DNA of 60,871 nucleotides from an uncultured Bacilli bacterium (GCA_944358455.1 CALVRE010000004.1:1-60871); one strand, 5' to 3'; positions 30,654 to 39,763 are shown, numbered from the stretch's first letter. Made by a program: numbers and translations. Notes: generated from the letters alone by a model not told the origin.

Positions 30654-30822
30654 TTTTCGCAAATCCGTGTTTTACACGATCTTCTACTTCTGCACGTTTC
30701 GCATTATTGAAACGATCAACCGTTCCTACTAAATATCCAGTAATACGACGAATTCTTTCGAATCCTACACCTTCTCCAACTTTCTTTCCTTCTCTTACTG
30801 TTACTTTTTCTTCATTTTTCAT
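30643..30822 (-). CDS. Free-standing glycyl-radical domain of class III RNR (59 aa, not in the ORF track)
   Basis: I translated this manually: MKNEEKVTVREGKKVGEGVGFERIRRITGYLVGTVDRFNNAKRAEVEDRVKHGFAKNAN. It carries the RxxGY glycyl-radical motif and the ...RVKH tail of canonical NrdD C-termini. GGAGG SD at 30830-30835, 7 nt before the ATG. Frame differs from nrdD. The 3-prime end overlaps the nrdG start. Confidence 0.75.
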   Translation of the reverse strand: MKNEEKVTVREGKKVGEGVGFERIRRITGYLVGTVDRFNNAKRAEVEDRVKHGFAKNAN

Positions 30823-30835
30823 AATTTTTCCTCCT

Positions 30836-33160
30836 TTATTTGTTACAACATTCTAAATTATTAATGACTTCGATTGGAACTCCTTCGTAAGCATGTCTAC
30901 CACAACCAGGACACACATCACCAATAACACCTACATAACCACAAACTGGATCACGATCGACAGGATGATTAATTGCTCCATAACCAATTCCCGCTTCTTT
31001 CATAAGACGTACCACTTTTTCAAACGCTTCTACATTTAAAGCAGTATCGCCATCTAATTCTACATAAGTGATATGACCACCATTGGTAAGAGCATGATAA
31101 GGGGCTTCTAATTTAATTTTATCATTGATCGAAATATGATAGTAAACAGGAATATGGAAAGAGTTCGTATAATAAGCTCGATCCGTAACTCCTTTAATCT
31201 TTCCATAAATCGCTTTATCGATATTGACAAATCTTCCACTTAATCCTTCTGCAGGAGTTGCAATCAATGAGAAATTCAAATTATATTTATCGCTGAACTC
31301 ATCACATTTCTGGCGCATATGACCAATGATCTCAAGTCCTAATTTTTGACTTTCTGCACTTTCACCATGATGTTTTCCCGTTAATGCCTTCAAACATTCT
31401 GCTAAACCGATGAAACCAATGGTCAAAGTACCATGTTTTAACACCCTACGTAAACGATCCGTTGGTTTTAATTTTTCTCCATCAATCCATACTCCTTGTC
31501 CCATCAAAAACGGAAAATTATACACATGGCGATTACATTGAATTTCAAAACGCTCTAACAATTGATCTTTTACTAATTCTAATAACTCATCTAATTCTTC
31601 GTAAAATTCTTGCATATTTGCCTTTTCCCCATGAAGAATACCATGTTTAATACCTAAACGAGGTAAATTGATAGAGGTAAAAGATAAATTTCCTCGACCA
31701 GGTGTAATCGCTTTATCTGGATCAACATGGTTCGCAAGTACCCTAGTACGACATCCCATATACCCAACTTCTGTACGATAATCTCCTGGAACATATCCTT
31801 CCAAATTAAACGGTGCATCGATAAAGGAAAAGTTAGGAAACAAACGCTTTGCAGATACTTTACAAGATAACTTGAATAAATCATAGTTAGGATCTTCAGG
31901 ATTATAGTTAACTCCTTCTTTTACTTTAAAAATAGAAATTGGAAAAATAGGAGTCTCACTATGTCCTAATCCAGCATCTGTTGCAAGAAGATAGTTTTTC
32001 ATAACCATTCTACCTTCAGCAGATGTATCGGTTCCGAAATTAACAGATGAGAAAGGTACTTGTGCACCTGCTCTCGAATGCATCGTATTTAAATTATGGA
32101 TAAATGCTTCCATTGCTTGATAAGTAATACGATCCGTTTTTTTCAATGCCTTCTCATAAGAAACCTCAAAAATATGTTTCACTTCATCCGAATCCTTTGC
32201 AAGTGCATCAAACATATGAATATCAAATTCAATCGAATTCAAGCGATCAATCTCTCGTGCCACACGATCCATATTGATAAACGTTCCAAAGCCACTATAA
32301 TCTAATAAATCAGCAATTTGTTGTTTAAATTGTTTGCGGAATGTCTTAACAACTCCAGGAGCCATAAAATAGTCGAATGCCGGAATTGATTGACCACCAT
32401 GTTGATCATTCTGATTCGATTGAATTGCAATTGCTGCAAGCGCACTATAAGACATAATATCATTCGGTTCACGCAAATGACCATGACCAGTTGAAAATCC
32501 ATTTTTAAATAACTTACTTAAATCGATTTGACAACAAGTCGTTGTGCCCATTGGCAAGAAATCCATATCATGAATATGAATTGCACCACTATCATGAGCC
32601 TCTGCAAACTTTGCTTTCATCAAATAAGATTTTGCAAATTCTTTGGAAACCGTACTTCCATATTGAAGCATCGTTCCCATTGCCGTATCACCATCGACAT
32701 TGGCATTTTCTCTTTTATTATCTTCTTCGTGAGCTGATTTTAATCCCAATCCCTCAATTGTCTTTAAAAATTTATGTAACTTCTTCTCATCACTGAAGAC
32801 TTGACGAGATTGATTTCTTCTTTCACGATATTCCGAAAATGATTTATAGACATCATCATATCCTTGTTTCTTAAGTTGATCTTCGATCATATCTTGAATC
32901 TCTTCAATTTTAATCTTATCGTTTTCCTCATAATTCTTTTCGATATCGGCAATCACTTTTTGATACACTTTATTAATATCTTTTTCTGTATATTTCGCTT
33001 TTGCTGTTGCCATTTCTGTCGTTTCATCGTCATCATCGCGAATCGTACTATCAAATCCCTTTTTGATTGCCAGTGCAATTTTCGTTCCATCAAAATCCAC
33101 TTTTTTCCCATTTCGTTTCACAACGACTAACGTTTCTAATTTATCCATCACTTCTGTCAC
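30836..33160 (-). CDS. nrdD: Anaerobic ribonucleoside-triphosphate reductase large polypeptide (ATP-cone + catalytic barrel + Zn-ribbon, lacking the glycyl-radical tail)
   Basis: N-terminal ATP-cone (VVKRNGKKVDFDGTKIALAIKKG), class III core and C-terminal Cys-rich knuckle VCGYVGVIGDVCPGCG. It ends ...ECCNK with TAA at 30836-30838. GTG start behind GGAGGG. Confidence 0.9.
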   Translation of the reverse strand: MTEVMDKLETLVVVKRNGKKVDFDGTKIALAIKKGFDSTIRDDDDETTEMATAKAKYTEKDINKVYQKVIADIEKNYEENDKIKIEEIQDMIEDQLKKQGYDDVYKSFSEYRERRNQSRQVFSDEKKLHKFLKTIEGLGLKSAHEEDNKRENANVDGDTAMGTMLQYGSTVSKEFAKSYLMKAKFAEAHDSGAIHIHDMDFLPMGTTTCCQIDLSKLFKNGFSTGHGHLREPNDIMSYSALAAIAIQSNQNDQHGGQSIPAFDYFMAPGVVKTFRKQFKQQIADLLDYSGFGTFINMDRVAREIDRLNSIEFDIHMFDALAKDSDEVKHIFEVSYEKALKKTDRITYQAMEAFIHNLNTMHSRAGAQVPFSSVNFGTDTSAEGRMVMKNYLLATDAGLGHSETPIFPISIFKVKEGVNYNPEDPNYDLFKLSCKVSAKRLFPNFSFIDAPFNLEGYVPGDYRTEVGYMGCRTRVLANHVDPDKAITPGRGNLSFTSINLPRLGIKHGILHGEKANMQEFYEELDELLELVKDQLLERFEIQCNRHVYNFPFLMGQGVWIDGEKLKPTDRLRRVLKHGTLTIGFIGLAECLKALTGKHHGESAESQKLGLEIIGHMRQKCDEFSDKYNLNFSLIATPAEGLSGRFVNIDKAIYGKIKGVTDRAYYTNSFHIPVYYHISINDKIKLEAPYHALTNGGHITYVELDGDTALNVEAFEKVVRLMKEAGIGYGAINHPVDRDPVCGYVGVIGDVCPGCGRHAYEGVPIEVINNLECCNK

Positions 33161-33193
33161 ATTAACACCCTCCTACTATCTAATAACACTTTC

Positions 33194-33222
33194 ATTATAA
33201 GACGAGAAATTGGATAAGTCAA
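33194..33222 (-). promoter_or_regulatory. Consensus SigA-type promoter of the nrdD operon
   Basis: Minus strand reads TTGACT (33222-33217), a 17-nt spacer, then TATAAT (33199-33194), about 33 nt upstream of the nrdD start. Confidence 0.6.
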
Positions 33223-33457
33223 TCATTTTTTTGTATTTTTTTCGAACTTTTGTTCGCCAAACTCAAGCTAGGCTTTATATTTCAATATTTTTCTGAAAAA
33301 AACTTTTTTTCAAAAATTTACATTTTGTACTTTTTCGATTTTTTGCTTATTTTTTTAAATTAATTTATAGTTAATTATTGCCATTAACCCCTTTTATTTA
33401 AACAATTTTTACTTTCATACATCAAAAATTAATTGGTTGTTATCATTGTAAAAAATT

Positions 33458-33489
33458 AAAAAAAGCAAAAAATGAATTTTTGCTTTTTT
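33458..33489 (-). terminator. AT-rich hairpin terminator downstream of the holin-like gene
   Basis: GCAAAAA / TTTTTGC stem flanked by A7 and T6 runs. Confidence 0.45.
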
Positions 33490-33506
33490 CGTTTTTTAAG
33501 AAATTT

Positions 33507-33866
33507 TTATTTTTCTAAATCAGTTCTTTTAATTTCATTTTCCTTTGGAAGTGTCACCACATCTGAAACGGAACTTGGCTTATAATTAATAATATTTTGA
33601 TTCTTAAGTGCCGCATAGATAGATGGTGCCCCAATAAAGCTAAATACCCCTACCCAAATACCATCGCATAAATTTAATTCATAAAAAGACATGGCAAAGG
33701 GAATACCTATCGCAAAAGAAAAAATTAAATTCAAAATCCAGATTTGATAACTTTTGTTGATCCAAGCGAGCGTTTTAAATTTCTGAATAAGTGCCATTAA
33801 AATAAAACTAAAAGTTATCGCTATTACCAATACATCTAACAAATGAGTAGGAAAAAAAGCTTCCAT
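33507..33866 (-). CDS. Holin-like three-TM small membrane protein
   Basis: 119 aa with three hydrophobic helices and a polar, charged C-terminal tail (KENEIKRTDLEK). The layout recalls class I phage holins such as the A118 type. By-eye similarity only. Confidence 0.4.
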   Translation of the reverse strand: MEAFFPTHLLDVLVIAITFSFILMALIQKFKTLAWINKSYQIWILNLIFSFAIGIPFAMSFYELNLCDGIWVGVFSFIGAPSIYAALKNQNIINYKPSSVSDVVTLPKENEIKRTDLEK

Positions 33867-34199
33867 CTATTCACCTCCTGCATCTTTTGTGTCACATGGT
33901 TCAATTGGAAAAGAACTAAATTTTTCCATAATTTCTTCCATGACATTGTCTTCGCCAAGATTATGATATTCAAGGTACAAAAGATTCACTCTCTCTTTTT
34001 CATCTACCGTCATCGTTCCTTTTTTTAAATAATAATCATAATCTTCTAATAAATGAAGTCTCAAAAGAGCCCTAACACTATTTTTTGTCGTATTTATAAC
34101 ATGGAAATATTTGTGAACTTCTTTTCCAATATATCCTAAAATTACTACGACAATTCCAAATGCAAATTGAATCCAATACTGTAAAATAAATTCTATCAT
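33867..34199 (-). CDS. Small single-TM protein translationally abutting the holin-like gene
   Basis: 110 aa with an N-terminal TM (WIQFAFGIVVVILGYIG) and an acidic soluble tail. Its stop codon abuts the downstream ATG with no gap. Confidence 0.4.
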   Translation of the reverse strand: MIEFILQYWIQFAFGIVVVILGYIGKEVHKYFHVINTTKNSVRALLRLHLLEDYDYYLKKGTMTVDEKERVNLLYLEYHNLGEDNVMEEIMEKFSSFPIEPCDTKDAGGE

Positions 34200-34292
34200 A
34201 TCAATCGCTCCATTCCTATTATGTTATATGTCAAAAACGTTCTTTGGTGTATGGAATTACCCACAATTACATATAGTTAGATAGGTGGTTTT

Positions 34293-35597
34293 ATGCGAAA
34301 ACATGTAATCTTACTTAGCAGTCTTCTCATTTTATTATGTGGATTATCAGGATGCTTTCATACTCCTCAAAAAGAAACAAAAGATAATATCAATTCCATC
34401 ATCGAAGAACAAAATAGTAATATTTTAATCAGTATTAATTACCCCGTAACCCATATACAAGCCTTTGATAGGATCTTGGACCAGGATGTCGAACACATTT
34501 ACAACCAATTTAAAGAAGAATACGAATCGTTTCAATCACTTAGTGAAGAATCCGAACTCAATATCGATTATACCTATGATATCGTAAACGAACGATACTA
34601 TAACATCACGCTAACAGTCTTCCTATCAAGTTCTAAATTAGCGCATCCCATTACGGAATTCAAAACCTATGTCTACGATAAAAAAGATAAAAAGCTATTA
34701 ACAATATCCGATCTATTAAAGGAAGAAGAGCGAGAAAAATTAGTACCAAAAATAGAACAACAACTATTAACAACCTATCAAGATTGCCTCTTATTAGAAG
34801 AAATGCAAGGATATATCACACCATCAACAGATTACTTATTTACGATCGATGATCGTAATCTCACAATTTATTTTAATCCAGGTATTATTACAAGTCATGA
34901 TTGTGGAATCATAAAAGTTGATATTCCCGTATCCGAACTCTCGTTAGAAATTCCCCTTACCAAAGATGTCTTCCAACCACTTACTTTTGAAACACCGGTT
35001 CAAATTGAAAAAGTAATCGATCCTACAAAACCCGTCGTAGCCCTTACTTTCGATGATGGTCCAAGTAAATACACAAAAGAAATTATCGACATTTTAAAAG
35101 AATATGATGCCAACGCTACTTTCTTTGTACTAGGTAATAAAGTAGAGCTCTATCAGGAAACCATTCGCCAGTCGATTGCGAACGGAAATGAAATTGGTAA
35201 TCACTCTTATAATCATAAACAATTAACCAAATTATCCGTATCCGAATTAAAAGAACAAATTGATAAAACACAAGATATACTAAAACAATATACAGGATAT
35301 ACACCACGTCTATTACGTCCTACCTATGGAGCCATCAATCAGAAAGTACGGTCTAACACTGATTTAAGTATCGTTCTATGGAACATTGACCCCAAAGACT
35401 GGAAAATAAAAGATAGTGAAACAATTGCCAATAATGTTTTGACAAAAGTAAGTGACCGAGATATTATTCTGATGCATGATACGAAGAAAAGAACCGTCGA
35501 AGCAGTAAAAATAATCGTTCCAGCTCTGATCGAACAAGGATATCAATTGGTAACGATCAGCGAATTAGAAGAAGTGAAATTATTAAACCAACAGTAG
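34293..35597 (+). CDS. Lipoprotein polysaccharide/peptidoglycan deacetylase (NodB domain), PdaC-like architecture
   Basis: Lipobox LCGLSGC. N-terminal about 230-aa accessory region, then a NodB domain (ALTFDDGP, HSYNH, LLRPTYG, ILMHD). Confidence 0.8.
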   Translation: MRKHVILLSSLLILLCGLSGCFHTPQKETKDNINSIIEEQNSNILISINYPVTHIQAFDRILDQDVEHIYNQFKEEYESFQSLSEESELNIDYTYDIVNERYYNITLTVFLSSSKLAHPITEFKTYVYDKKDKKLLTISDLLKEEEREKLVPKIEQQLLTTYQDCLLLEEMQGYITPSTDYLFTIDDRNLTIYFNPGIITSHDCGIIKVDIPVSELSLEIPLTKDVFQPLTFETPVQIEKVIDPTKPVVALTFDDGPSKYTKEIIDILKEYDANATFFVLGNKVELYQETIRQSIANGNEIGNHSYNHKQLTKLSVSELKEQIDKTQDILKQYTGYTPRLLRPTYGAINQKVRSNTDLSIVLWNIDPKDWKIKDSETIANNVLTKVSDRDIILMHDTKKRTVEAVKIIVPALIEQGYQLVTISELEEVKLLNQQ

Positions 35598-35629
35598 ACG
35601 ACTATCATGAAGAAGTCGACATTCTTTTC

Positions 35630-35977
35630 TTGATCCAAATCGTCTTGACCATTCTCTTCATTTTTATCACCATCATATCCTTATTAGTACTCTACGATGC
35701 CTATTTAAAATTCGATGAAAAAGAAGGACTCTTCAGCGATCAAGAAGTAGAAGAAATTCTCCGTATCATTCGTCTCATCTCCGTATTTATCACTTTAGGT
35801 TTCTTGTGGAACACCTATCAAGGTGTTAAAATAGCAAAACAATTAGACGCATATAACCAAAACTTAAAAATTCAACTTTTAAATTCATGGATTTCCATCA
35901 TTCCCGACTTACTAGCTCTTTACGTAACTTATAACAGCGATAACGAACTCGTTCAATCATTTAATCCAGAAACATAA
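35630..35977 (+). CDS. Hypothetical small membrane protein
   Basis: 115-aa ORF (TTG start) with about 3 hydrophobic segments. No family recognised. Confidence 0.35.
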   Translation: MIQIVLTILFIFITIISLLVLYDAYLKFDEKEGLFSDQEVEEILRIIRLISVFITLGFLWNTYQGVKIAKQLDAYNQNLKIQLLNSWISIIPDLLALYVTYNSDNELVQSFNPET

Positions 35978-36003
35978 AAAAAAACACGTCACAACGTATT
36001 TTT

Positions 36004-37491
36004 TTAATAATTAACGATAATATTTGGTAACAAATTACTATCTACGTAAATATATTTCACATTACTCATATCAACGGAAATACTAGCTAACGTTTCTGTT
36101 GCCGATGTTTTTAATTGATAATAAACTTCAGTCGGATTTTCACTCAACCATGAAGAGAGACTATCCACATTCGGAAATAACTGTGTTGGTACTCGTAAAT
36201 AAACATATTGAGAACTACCAGCCGTTGGAGTAGCTGATATTCCTGCTGTTTCTATGGCTGCGTTCCAAGTAGATTTGGTATATTTCAAAATGGAAGTCAT
36301 AACATCATAAGTGCCATCGATTCGATTTTCTCCAAACAAAGGATACACAATTGTATGTAATTCACCATTCGCACTGGTTGAATTACCATAAATCGATCCA
36401 GCTTGACTACCATCTAGAATTGCTACTCCAACATTTCTTACCACTTCTACCGTACCATTACTACTAATTTGAATATAGTCTCGAATATCAGTCCCTTCGA
36501 TACTACGAAGTGGCTCCGCTAAATTAATCATGCGAGTAACAACCGTTCCATCTTGTTCTACAATCTTTAATCTTAGTATAGCATTATCCCCAATATTGTT
36601 TATCGTCTTTGGAAAATCAGGAACTGGTTCTTCTCTAGGTGTCAAAGAAAACGAACTAATCTTAAATGCATACTGATAAGGAGATACCCCATTGTAAGAA
36701 AATTCAATCGCCTTCAAAGTTTTACTAGCATCACTTGTATACTGATAAGTCGTAAACTTGGTATCACTATGCTTACCAATTTGATTATATTCCGAATAAG
36801 TACCATCTGTATAGACAAAACGCATCAAAGGATAATATTGAGAATCCATCGAAGTAGCCGCTATGGCTCGACTTTCAATCGAAAAAGTATAGGCCGTTTT
36901 TTCCTTAAAAGCATAACGAAACCATTCCTGATTCGTTCTATAAATAGAAGCCGAATCTACTACTAAAGCTTCACTATTTTCCAAAGTCACAAACTCTGCT
37001 TCTTCTCTTGTTTCTACTACTTTATTAGCTAAAGCTTCAAAATTATTATCATCTGCATAAACACTCTTTCCATCGACGACAATACTAGAAATCGTTCGAT
37101 CAGAGTCAACAGCAATAATTTGTCCACTATCACCACTAACTTCGCTTGACTCTAAATAACGATACGTATTATTGGTGGCTGTTCCCGTTGCTTCTACGAT
37201 ACCATCCATCTTTCCACCATTTAAAACATCATTTGGAATCGTATCCAAATATCCTAAACTAGCTAATTCGTAGATAGATACATATCTTTTTTCATCAGTA
37301 TCAATCGTCATTCCATTTTCCATCAAATAAATCTCTGCCGCATCATAGATCTCACTCAACTGTTGATCATAACTCTTCTCACGTGACTGACGAATAACAC
37401 CACCAACAATCGGTGACACAATAAGAGCTAAAATTCCTAACACGATGATAACTGCCAGTACTTCAACCAATGTAAATCCTTTTCTCTTCAT
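36004..37491 (-). CDS. Large protein with prepilin-type N-terminal cleavage/methylation signal (type IV pilin / pseudopilin-like)
   Basis: MKRKGFTLVEVLAVIIVLGILALIV is the classic KGFTL-E class III signal peptide. A pilin-like head and an extension of about 380 aa follow. Confidence 0.7.
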   Translation of the reverse strand: MKRKGFTLVEVLAVIIVLGILALIVSPIVGGVIRQSREKSYDQQLSEIYDAAEIYLMENGMTIDTDEKRYVSIYELASLGYLDTIPNDVLNGGKMDGIVEATGTATNNTYRYLESSEVSGDSGQIIAVDSDRTISSIVVDGKSVYADDNNFEALANKVVETREEAEFVTLENSEALVVDSASIYRTNQEWFRYAFKEKTAYTFSIESRAIAATSMDSQYYPLMRFVYTDGTYSEYNQIGKHSDTKFTTYQYTSDASKTLKAIEFSYNGVSPYQYAFKISSFSLTPREEPVPDFPKTINNIGDNAILRLKIVEQDGTVVTRMINLAEPLRSIEGTDIRDYIQISSNGTVEVVRNVGVAILDGSQAGSIYGNSTSANGELHTIVYPLFGENRIDGTYDVMTSILKYTKSTWNAAIETAGISATPTAGSSQYVYLRVPTQLFPNVDSLSSWLSENPTEVYYQLKTSATETLASISVDMSNVKYIYVDSNLLPNIIVNY

Positions 37492-37600
37492 TTTATCAAA
37501 CCTCTATCTTCTTTATTATTAATTTACCATATTTCCCTATTTTTTACAAGAATATTAGCATTTATGAATAAAATGTCGTATAATAATAGTAGGTGAAATT

Positions 37601-38596
37601 ATGAAAAGTTTTAGAGAGAGTTTAAAAATGATTGCCCTAAAAAAGTGCTTGCTTTATTTAGGACTTGCAGTTCTAATTGGAATTGCTTTATGGAGTCAAG
37701 ATGTTTCTGATTACTTCAAGCCAGAATGTGTAATTGATAGTGTCCAAGATGTTGCTCGTTGTCAAGGTGAAAATAAATATGTAGAAGTGAACTTCGATAC
37801 TATCTATCAAACCAATTATGCTTACACGATCAACGAAAAAGAAACAGGTCTATTCGTCGATATCGATCTAGATGGGTATAGCTTAATTGCTGTCGTACCA
37901 ATCAGCTACGAAGAAGAACTATTCAGTGGTGACAAAACAACTGTTCATGGTACCCTAGAAGTATTTCAAGATGAAGCAATGATCGACGGTTACCAAAAAA
38001 TTCAACAACAATATTTAGAAGAATTTAAAGATGATGCGACCGAAGAAGAAATCTTAGAAATGTTTCTTCCTTATCAATTAAACGCTTACAATGGAAAGAA
38101 AAGTGACATTACCCTCAATATTCTTCTCTTTATTATTCCATTCATTGTTGTTTCTTGTTTTGCTATTTACCATTTCTATCGTTTTATCAAACCAGACATG
38201 AAACAAATATATGGTAAAAAAGATTCTCAAAGAGAAGAAACAATCAATAAAATGGAAGATGAATATTTACATAAAGAAAAAGAATATCAAAAAAATTCGC
38301 TCACGCTTACCGAACACTATGTGATTCAAAAGACAACTTTTCTTTTAAAAGCAAATCAAATCGACAATATCGTATGGATCTATAACCGTATTATCAAGCA
38401 ATATGGAAGAGAAGTAAATCGTTTCTTGATTATATGCTTTAACGACGGAACGAGTATGAATATTCGTGCCAAACAAGAAGAATACGATAAAATAGTAGAA
38501 ATCATTCAAACAAAAAATGATCATATTTTATATGGTTACAAACCAGAATACCAAAAAGCATGGAACAATAATTCAGCACTTAAAAAGGAATCCTAA
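37601..38596 (+). CDS. Hypothetical membrane protein
   Basis: 331 aa. N-terminal TM, extracytoplasmic segment, second TM (ILLFIIPFIVVSCFAIYHFY), then a cytoplasmic C-terminal domain. No family recognised. Confidence 0.45.
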   Translation: MKSFRESLKMIALKKCLLYLGLAVLIGIALWSQDVSDYFKPECVIDSVQDVARCQGENKYVEVNFDTIYQTNYAYTINEKETGLFVDIDLDGYSLIAVVPISYEEELFSGDKTTVHGTLEVFQDEAMIDGYQKIQQQYLEEFKDDATEEEILEMFLPYQLNAYNGKKSDITLNILLFIIPFIVVSCFAIYHFYRFIKPDMKQIYGKKDSQREETINKMEDEYLHKEKEYQKNSLTLTEHYVIQKTTFLLKANQIDNIVWIYNRIIKQYGREVNRFLIICFNDGTSMNIRAKQEEYDKIVEIIQTKNDHILYGYKPEYQKAWNNNSALKKES

Positions 38597-39606
38597 GATT
38601 CCTTTTTATTTTTTAATTTTTCTTTATATTCCTTACATACCTCATCTAATTCCTGAATCAACGCATTCCAAGCTTCTTCCGTTTCCACTCTCGCACCACT
38701 CGCATAAATATGACCACCACCATTAAAATGTGTCGCTACTTCATTGATCACAGGTCCTCTAGAACGAATGGAACCACGGATTAACTCCCCATTTTTATCG
38801 ACCGTAAAAATGCACCAAACGAGAACTTCTTCAATATAGTTAAATTCACTTACCATATTACGAGCAGCAGAAGCATCGATACCATACTCTTCTAAAACTT
38901 TTGAATCAATACGTAAATAGGCAAGCCCATTCTCCGTTATTTCAAAATGATTGGCAATGTATCCCTGAAATTTAATATCTCTAATAGAACGCATGTAAAG
39001 TGATTCGTAAAGATTTGTAAAATTAATATTTGTTCTTTGAATCAACTTTGACACTAAACGAAATGTTTTCGGAGTCGTATAATAAAACATAAAACGATTC
39101 GTATCAGCAACAATTCCAATATACAACTTTTCAGCTGCTTCCTTAGTCATTACTAACTTCGTACGAAAAACAAGTTCAATCACCATCTGAGAAGCACTAC
39201 TAGCTTCTTCATCAATCCATTCCAAATCACAAAAAGTTTCGATAAACGGATGATGATCAATCTTAATGGTCTCTTTAAACTTGTCAGGATCTACCCCATC
39301 TACCCTTTTTTTATCAGGAGTATCGGTAACAATCAATAAAGCATCTTGATACATTCCTTCTTCAAACTTGTCTAGCATTCCCAAATATTTAAACTTAGAA
39401 ACAGGAAACCCAACCGCATATACTTTTTTATTTGGAAATGTATTTAAAATAATATCACGTAAGGCAATGGAACTAGCCAAAGCATCAGGATCCGGACCAA
39501 CATGACGAGCAATTACAATTGTATCATATTTCTTAATCTTTCGATAAATCTTTTTATAAATATTGTTTGTGAACATAATATCCCATTCCGTTCTATTCCT
39601 TTCCAT
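38593..39606 (-). CDS. nrnA: DHH/DHHA1 phosphoesterase, NrnA-type oligoribonuclease / pAp phosphatase
   Basis: ARHVGPDPDALAS, VTDTPD, IDHH and a C-terminal GGGH motif. Confidence 0.8.
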   Translation of the reverse strand: MERNRTEWDIMFTNNIYKKIYRKIKKYDTIVIARHVGPDPDALASSIALRDIILNTFPNKKVYAVGFPVSKFKYLGMLDKFEEGMYQDALLIVTDTPDKKRVDGVDPDKFKETIKIDHHPFIETFCDLEWIDEEASSASQMVIELVFRTKLVMTKEAAEKLYIGIVADTNRFMFYYTTPKTFRLVSKLIQRTNINFTNLYESLYMRSIRDIKFQGYIANHFEITENGLAYLRIDSKVLEEYGIDASAARNMVSEFNYIEEVLVWCIFTVDKNGELIRGSIRSRGPVINEVATHFNGGGHIYASGARVETEEAWNALIQELDEVCKEYKEKLKNKKES

Positions 39607-39763
39607 TATAACAAAAGAAACTAAAAAAAGAAATACTTAGCCTATGTTCCATTCTTTATTTCATCACCATTCCTATACAATAAGTTGCATGACTAGATCA
39701 TCATTACCATTATTTTTTCATTATAGTAGTTCATCCAATAGCAATAACAATGAATGAATAGAA

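Noticed and set aside
30750-30765. TTCGAATCC string resembling a tRNA T-arm
   Set aside because: There is no acceptor or anticodon stem context. The string lies in frame inside the small glycyl-radical ORF, where it encodes GFER.
30920-30960. The CGYVG motif inside the large NrdD ORF as the possible glycyl-radical site
   Set aside because: Its context (D..VCGY.G......CPGCG) matches the Zn-ribbon knuckle that precedes the radical motif in canonical NrdD. The RRxxGY...RVKH context is found only in the separate small ORF.
31462-33130. Cluster of plus- and minus-strand track ORFs inside nrdD (31462..31650, 31654..31884, 32096..32305, 32302..32502, 32528..32737, 32542..32796, 32864..33130)
   Set aside because: All lie within or antisense to the well-supported nrdD frame. 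Their products are low-complexity, Ile/Phe/Leu-rich, as expected from AT-rich shadow frames. None has an SD.
33320-33345. NrdR box upstream of nrdD
   Set aside because: Only a short TACA-N3-TGTA palindrome is present. It does not fit the 16-bp NrdR-box consensus as I recall it, and it lies upstream of the -35 element rather than overlapping the promoter.
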